Shown here: positions 58,126-64,000 of the stretch, in pieces | How the letters are laid out: every line of letters starts with the position of its first letter | How positions within the stretch are numbered: the first letter of the stretch is position 1 | Source of the DNA: the human T2T-CHM13v2.0 reference genome, Homo sapiens | Assembly (NCBI RefSeq): GCF_009914755.1 | Contig: NC_060931.1 | Reading direction: 5' to 3' (one strand) | DNA length: 64,000 nt | Program-made: the position numbers and the translations under genes | Notes under the pieces: model-generated | What the model was told of the DNA's origin: nothing | The model's input: the letters and a program-made list of their open reading frames with translations, nothing else | Database searches by the model: none

Positions 58126-59349
58126 TATTTTGGAGAAATAGAAGTTTGCCAGAAAATAAAAGTAATAAAGCATCCCAGGCAGAAAAGAGAATGTGAAAAA
58201 CAATAAAATGCATTTAAAGCATCTGTTCTCCCATTTCATGTACATTATTATACCCTCAGCATCTGGCATGCTGCTTGGCACAAAGTAGGTATTTAATAAA
58301 TACTTATGAATTTAATAAATGAAAAGTGGAGACTTCAATTATTAAATGCTCAGGAGGCCATAAGAAAACTGATATATACAGAACTTAGAACATGACTGGA
58401 AAAATATAAAGAAGTCAGTATACAATATTAAATGAATAAAGATTTCTAGATAAAATATTATATAAAGCAAGCTCATTCATTCATTTATTCATACATTCTT
58501 TAAAAATTTATTGACCATTTGCCTTATACAAAATATTTAAGAATCAGAGATATATAAATAATGGAGCTACACTCTGCATTAGAGGCATAGACTTTAAATA
58601 TTTTAAGCAAGTCCTTTGAAGAATAAAGTCACAGAAATTATTGCATTTACTGACAGCATTTACAAAAATAAAAGCTATTAAGCTGTTACTTAGACAATAA
58701 AATAAAGCAATTATCTCTGTTGACATACATCAGCATTAAAAATTAAGGGAATTTTAGCATTTTTTACACCAATAAAATTACCATAATTTATTATGATATT
58801 TGCATGTCAGAAATCATTATCTTTTTAATAACATAGGTGAATAGAATTCAGTATAATTTGGTGAGAAAGTGACATACATGCATAGAAATCAATAGAAAAG
58901 TTGTTTTTTGGCTGGTCAGTGACACTTCCTTGCCATTATATGAGCATTGATGAGATTGAAGTGTATGTACATTAGAAAGGAAACACAGCAATAAACAAAT
59001 AGCAATATTTTGTGTATGTGCAAAAGCAACATAAAATTTTGTGTCAAGGGCTAGATATTGAGTAGAAAGCTATCCATCCTTGGCAAAAATACAAATTTAA
59101 GAAAGCAACAAAGTGGAATAAAATAAAGAGGAACTTATATTAATAAAAAGTGAAAGTGAATTTTATTGCCACATGAATTCTTTGTTTTACTAATTATTCC
59201 TGTGTTCTGCATAACATTGAATAAATCATTACTGGCACTTTTCTAGCATTTAAACTTATATTAATCAATGTAATACTTGCAAGCAGTATTTATTGTTAGT
59301 GAGAAAATTGTGGGATTACTGAGAAATTGTGGAATTAACAATTTAATGA

Positions 59350-59715
59350 GTGAGAAATTGTGGGATCAACCCTTTGAAAAGGAATAGAAGAAAGCAGAAA
59401 TGGAGAAGAAGAAGTCAGGCTATGACACAGGTCCAATGACAGTGTCTGCTGACCCCAAGGAGTGCTCAGGAGCTAGAATGGCCCTTAAGAGTCATCTGTT
59501 CCAAGTTTGGTTGAGATGGCCAAGCCCATCTTCAACGTCAGTTGTTCATTAAATGTGAGCTGCCTGGAAAGCTGCTTTACTTTGGGAGAAATGGCTTTCT
59601 GCATCTGAAACAATTCCTGAAGAGGCTGACAGCCAAAGGCAGTCTGACAACAGCACTTCCAGCAGTGAGGGCAAGAAGTTTGTCACTGAAGGGGCCACAC
59701 ATCCATTCCTACCAT
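59350..59715 (-). mobile_element. old ERVL-class LTR
   Basis: GGGATCAAC..., GGAGCTAGAATGGCCCTT.AGAGT and CAATTCCTGAAGAGGCTGACAGC motifs. Confidence 0.6.
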
Positions 59716-60011
59716 AGTCACCTATCAAATAACATAAAGAACACTTCAGAAAAAGGAGTAGTCTCCTTTTCCACCTTTCTGTATTACCAGTGCTGCTACC
59801 CATAGCTAATCTTATTCTATGGTTTCTATTTTGATATTTTCTAGTGGTTAGTCCTTAAGCACAGGATTACATAGCTTTACCTATATTTCTTCAGTATTTC
59901 TTCAGTCATAATCAGGTTCCATGCTTGTAAACATGGGTTTATGTTGGAGGAATGAAAGTTTACCAGAAAATCAAAATCATAAAACATTCTAGGAAAAAGA
60001 GAGAGGGTGAA

Positions 60012-60354
60012 TGATATGGTTTGGTTCTATGTCCCCACCCAAATCTCATCTTGTAGCTCTCATAATTCCAACGTATTGTGGGAGGGACCCGGTGGGAGAT
60101 GAGTGAATCACGAGGGTCTTTCCCATGTTGGTCTCGTTATCTGATGGCTTTATAAGGCAGAGTTTCCCTGCACAAGCTCTCTCTTTGCCTGCCATCATCC
60201 ATGTAAGATGTGACTTGCTCCTCCTTGCCTTCCACCATGATGTGAGGCTTCCCCAGCCATGTGGAACTGTGAGTTCTCCATTAAACCTGTTTCCTTTGTA
60301 AATTGCCCAGTCTCAGGTATGTCTTTATCAGCAGTGTGAAAATGGGCTAATACA
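60012..60354 (+). mobile_element. THE1 (THE1B-like) solo LTR
   Basis: TGATATGGTTTGG...CCCACCCAAATCTCATCTTG ... CTAATACA; TSD GTGAA/GTAAA. Confidence 0.95.
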
Positions 60355-61169
60355 GTAAACAACAATGAGATGCATTTTAAACATCAGTTTTCCCCTTCTT
60401 TTATGTGCATTATTGCATCCTCAGTGCTTGAATACTGCCTGGCACAGAGATGGTATTTAATAAACATTTATTGACTTCTTCTGTGAAAGATGAGGATTTG
60501 GCTTACTTTTCTTACCCCTGCTCTCAAATATTTATAGCTTAATTATTATGTTTAATTTGTCTATTGATCTCTTCTCTAATTCAAATGCTATGTTTACACC
60601 ATTTTTTAAAAATTGTATGTGCCCTCAACTGCTAACAGCATCACTCACTTCCTGATTCATACAATAAGGACTCTCATGAGTTTCCTTTACCTTTTCCTGC
60701 TTTCTGCTTCCCAGCATCTATCTTCTATAGCTTTACTTTTATATTGTTAAATTTATTGACATTTATATTCTGTTTCTGAAACCACAACCATGCTTTTCCT
60801 CCCTTGCGTCTCAGGATCAAATGTGATAATGGCTACAAACTGTTCAAATAAATGAAACTTTTGAAACCACTGGTTTAAGACTACCATCTCAGAGGTTCTA
60901 GTGGCTAAATATCATCTGCTGAGTTGTCAGCTGAGGACTGTGGCCTGGACTTACCCTGTAGTTTTGTTTTATTTGGCATTGGTAATATTTTATACATTTG
61001 AGTCAGTATTTAAAAGCTAGATGATTTTAGGTTTACTCTTAAAGAGCAAGTGAACAGTATTTATCCTGTTTCTTCATTGTCAAATAACGCGCTAGGATTA
61101 GATTTCTTTTCTATAGGAACAATGTCACATACTTGGGTTGCTCCTAGGAAGAACGTTTCTAGCATCTTT

Positions 61170-62950
61170 GTACCCTTTGCGTCATAATGCTAGCATGTAA
61201 AGTTTCCCTTGTCCTAGAATTTTCTCCCCCTGGAGGTCTTCTATTTCCTGCTCCAGTCTGGATTACATACTCTCCATGTCTGCTGCATTTGAGGATGCTC
61301 CTTTTTTATCTGGAACTCCTGCTATTCCAAGTCTGTATCTCCTGGAATGTTCTTTTATCTGCTTCTTTTCATTCACATTTTCTGTCCACACTTTCTTTCC
61401 TGCACTTTAAAATATATTATTGCTTTTTCATTCTGGTAATATTATTATAAATCCATAAGAATGCTTTGCCATTCCCTAGCTGATACTTTTGTCAAGAATC
61501 CTAGCTTTATTTGATCTCTCTGATCATATCAGAGGTTTCTCTTCTGCTTCCTGAGTGATCTGTTTTTCTCTGATGTTAAATTTTCTATTTTCTTGTTTTG
61601 GTCATTATTCTCTTTCATGATTTGATGCTTCTCTTATACCCAATGATCCTTGGTTGTCCTTAAAGATGATTAGGTGATGGGGTGAGTAGGTGCTTTGGGG
61701 TGTTCTTTGCTATTATGTAAATAAGTGTGTTTTCTTTCAGGTCTCTGCCTTAATTGGTATTTTGACTAGGAACTCTCTATGGAATGACGCATGGGAGTGC
61801 CAGTGCATGATTTTTATTCCTTAGTGGGAGAGTTTGGTGGATGTAGTCTAATTGCTGTCAGCATCAGGATTCACTTCTTTCTAGTAAGTCTTATTTATTT
61901 ATTTATTTATGTACTGGCTGAAAATCTAACGACTGCGTATTCCCTAGACTCCACAGCAGACATGATTTTGGGAGTAAAGTAGGTTCTGTGCATTAGATAC
62001 AATTGTATCAGATTTGTAAAGTAGGAGAGAGAAAAAACCATCTTCCTACTGTCTTATGGCTCTTTTCTGCTGGCAATAAAGGTGTTAGAGATGTATCTCT
62101 GCAGGAATGTTCCAATCTCCAATCTCCAGCTTTCTGTTTGTCAGAGTGTAGGTAGGCACTCTTTACTGAGTCCTGTCTTTTGACCTGTGAGTTCATGAGC
62201 TCAACAGTTTTCATAGTTCTGCTTGTTACGGAAGTAGCAATTGCTCTTGTGGATCAGTTCTGCACTGCTCTGGAAATCATTTCTGAAAGCCAGTTGTAGA
62301 TCCTGCTGCTCCATCACTTCCATTCATTTTACAATCACCTAATTCCCTTTACTTAATCTTGAGTTGCTTTAAAAAAAAACAGAGTTGTTTTTGTTTCAGT
62401 ACTGACATCAGACAGACAGAATGAGCAGGTAGGGAACTGGAAATCAGGCTACAGATCCTTAAATGTCAGAATGGGGAGAATAAAGAAATTATCAGGAAAA
62501 CATCTGCAGTAGTTTTCCTTATAATTTCTTTAGAGAGGAGCCATTTACAATTGGTATAAGGCTTGGATAAATGCCTGATGCCTACGTCTGAGTTGTGATG
62601 GGGGAAGAATAGAGGGACATCTGCTCCAGTTGTTCTGTACACGTCTTCGGTTGATTTTGCTGTTTTCAAACCTATATCTCACTCCTATCCTCCATTACAC
62701 CTGCTGCTTTTAGGTTTCCATAAACAGATTGGGCAACTTTGGCCTTATAGTTCTTATACGGTGTATTCTCTCTCTCCTGTTTTTATTGAGAAATGCTCCA
62801 ATTATCCTTCTGTCTTCCAGAAATTTGTTTAACTTCTTGACATACTAGTGACACTCCACAAGTATATCCTGATGGTTATATCTATTCTTTCATTTCATTA
62901 GAATGTACGGAGACAGAGGCTTTTTTTCCAGTCTAGATCTTTAGCCAGGG
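61170..62950 (-). mobile_element. HAL1/old L1 remnants with an LTR-like insert at about 62130-62410
   Basis: CCTGCTCCAGTCTGGA..CTCTCCA.GTCTGCTGCA HAL1 motif and antisense L1-type 5' end. Confidence 0.5.
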
Positions 62951-64000
62951 TCTTACTTGAATTGCTTGGTCTTCAGAAGCAGAAGCTGAAGAAGAAATGC
63001 TGTCTGTCATAAAAGTGATATATCTGGCCATTTAATATGTTAAAGGCTTATCTAAATTTTAATAATTGTGAAGTTTTTAAAATAAATCTTTTTAAAGCTT
63101 ATACCTTTTTTCTCCTTAGAGGAAAAGTATTTTAAACTCTTGAATGTTTTATCCCTGGCAGACAAGCAAACATCATCATTTTCTATTTAAACCTACACAT
63201 CAAAATTGGAAAAATGTAAGGGTTTTTTAGTTAGAAGAAAACTTGTATGCAAATTTTGATGTTGCCACTTATAACTTTGGAAGGTGAAGCAAATTACTCC
63301 CTCTGAGCTTCAGTTTTTAAAACATTTTTAAATGTGGGTGTGAATATTTACTATGCAATAGTCAAGTAAGAATTAAATATTATGAGGTAGACAAATGAAG
63401 ATGACTACTATAGTGCCTACTATACAGTACTTGTTCATTTTTTTTTTAAACGCTCTCCTTTGGATAACTAGAAAATTTTCTAAAAGTGACTTCCTTAATG
63501 TTGCTTCATGCACATAAAGATGTCTGTGAAGCATAGGAAAATCAAATACCAAGAAAAATCTGCTAAAAACATGGAGAGTGAAGTTTACTGTTTTGCCCCA
63601 AGAAGGCATCATGGTAATATATACAGAAGATAAAATGGTTTAATATCTTCAAATTGTGATAGATAATAGAGACAATGGATTAAAAGTTCTAAGATGCATT
63701 GTAAACCTCATCTGAAATTTTTAAAAAGAAAATTGTAATCAAGCTAATAAAGTATACTGAATCTCAAAGAGATCTCTAGCTTATCTTCTAATTCATTATC
63801 CTGAGCATTGATTGAATTCTTGTAGCTTCTGAAAGCTGTATAAAATCCATAATTTTGGAGATATAATTGAGGAAAGGATGGTATAAACAAATATCTAACA
63901 TAAAAGATCTATGTGGCCTTCTTTTATAATATTACTCTGAGTTTTCTTTAAAAAGTATTTTAAAAATATTTCTCTTTGGGAAAAGTGGCACTGAAAGTCA

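Noticed and set aside
59300-59367. Three spaced copies of TGAGAAA(A)TTGTGG(G)A
   Set aside because: Local slippage duplication at an LTR edge; irregular short spacers in a eukaryotic context, so not CRISPR-like.

Overview
This is primate, most likely human, genomic DNA. It is AT-rich and dominated by interspersed repeats: L1 (including a full-length L1PB with TSDs and a young L1PA2 stub), Alus, ERVL/MaLR/ERV1/HML-5 LTRs, HAL1, hAT and Tigger transposons, MIR and L2. I see no intact protein-coding gene; the listed ORFs are repeat-derived or chance. The main result, from hand translation of the non-repeat islands, is a heavily decayed, intron-containing + strand pseudogene of a plasminogen/HGF-family kringle serine protease spanning about 16.9-57.9 kb. 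It has three recognisable kringles, each split over two exons, followed by trypsin-like protease exons (FPWSVSLQ...FYGGVFTADRW..HSL; KIVLDSH; ...DMCQ|GT; ..AVISW) in the correct order and mostly with family-typical splice phases. I cannot name this gene, and it may be an unannotated unitary pseudogene. A GC/CpG-rich block of about 4 kb (34.2-38.3 kb) looks like foreign DNA inserted into one of its introns. Repeat subfamily names come from recall of consensus sequences, not from a database search, and boundaries of old repeats are approximate.
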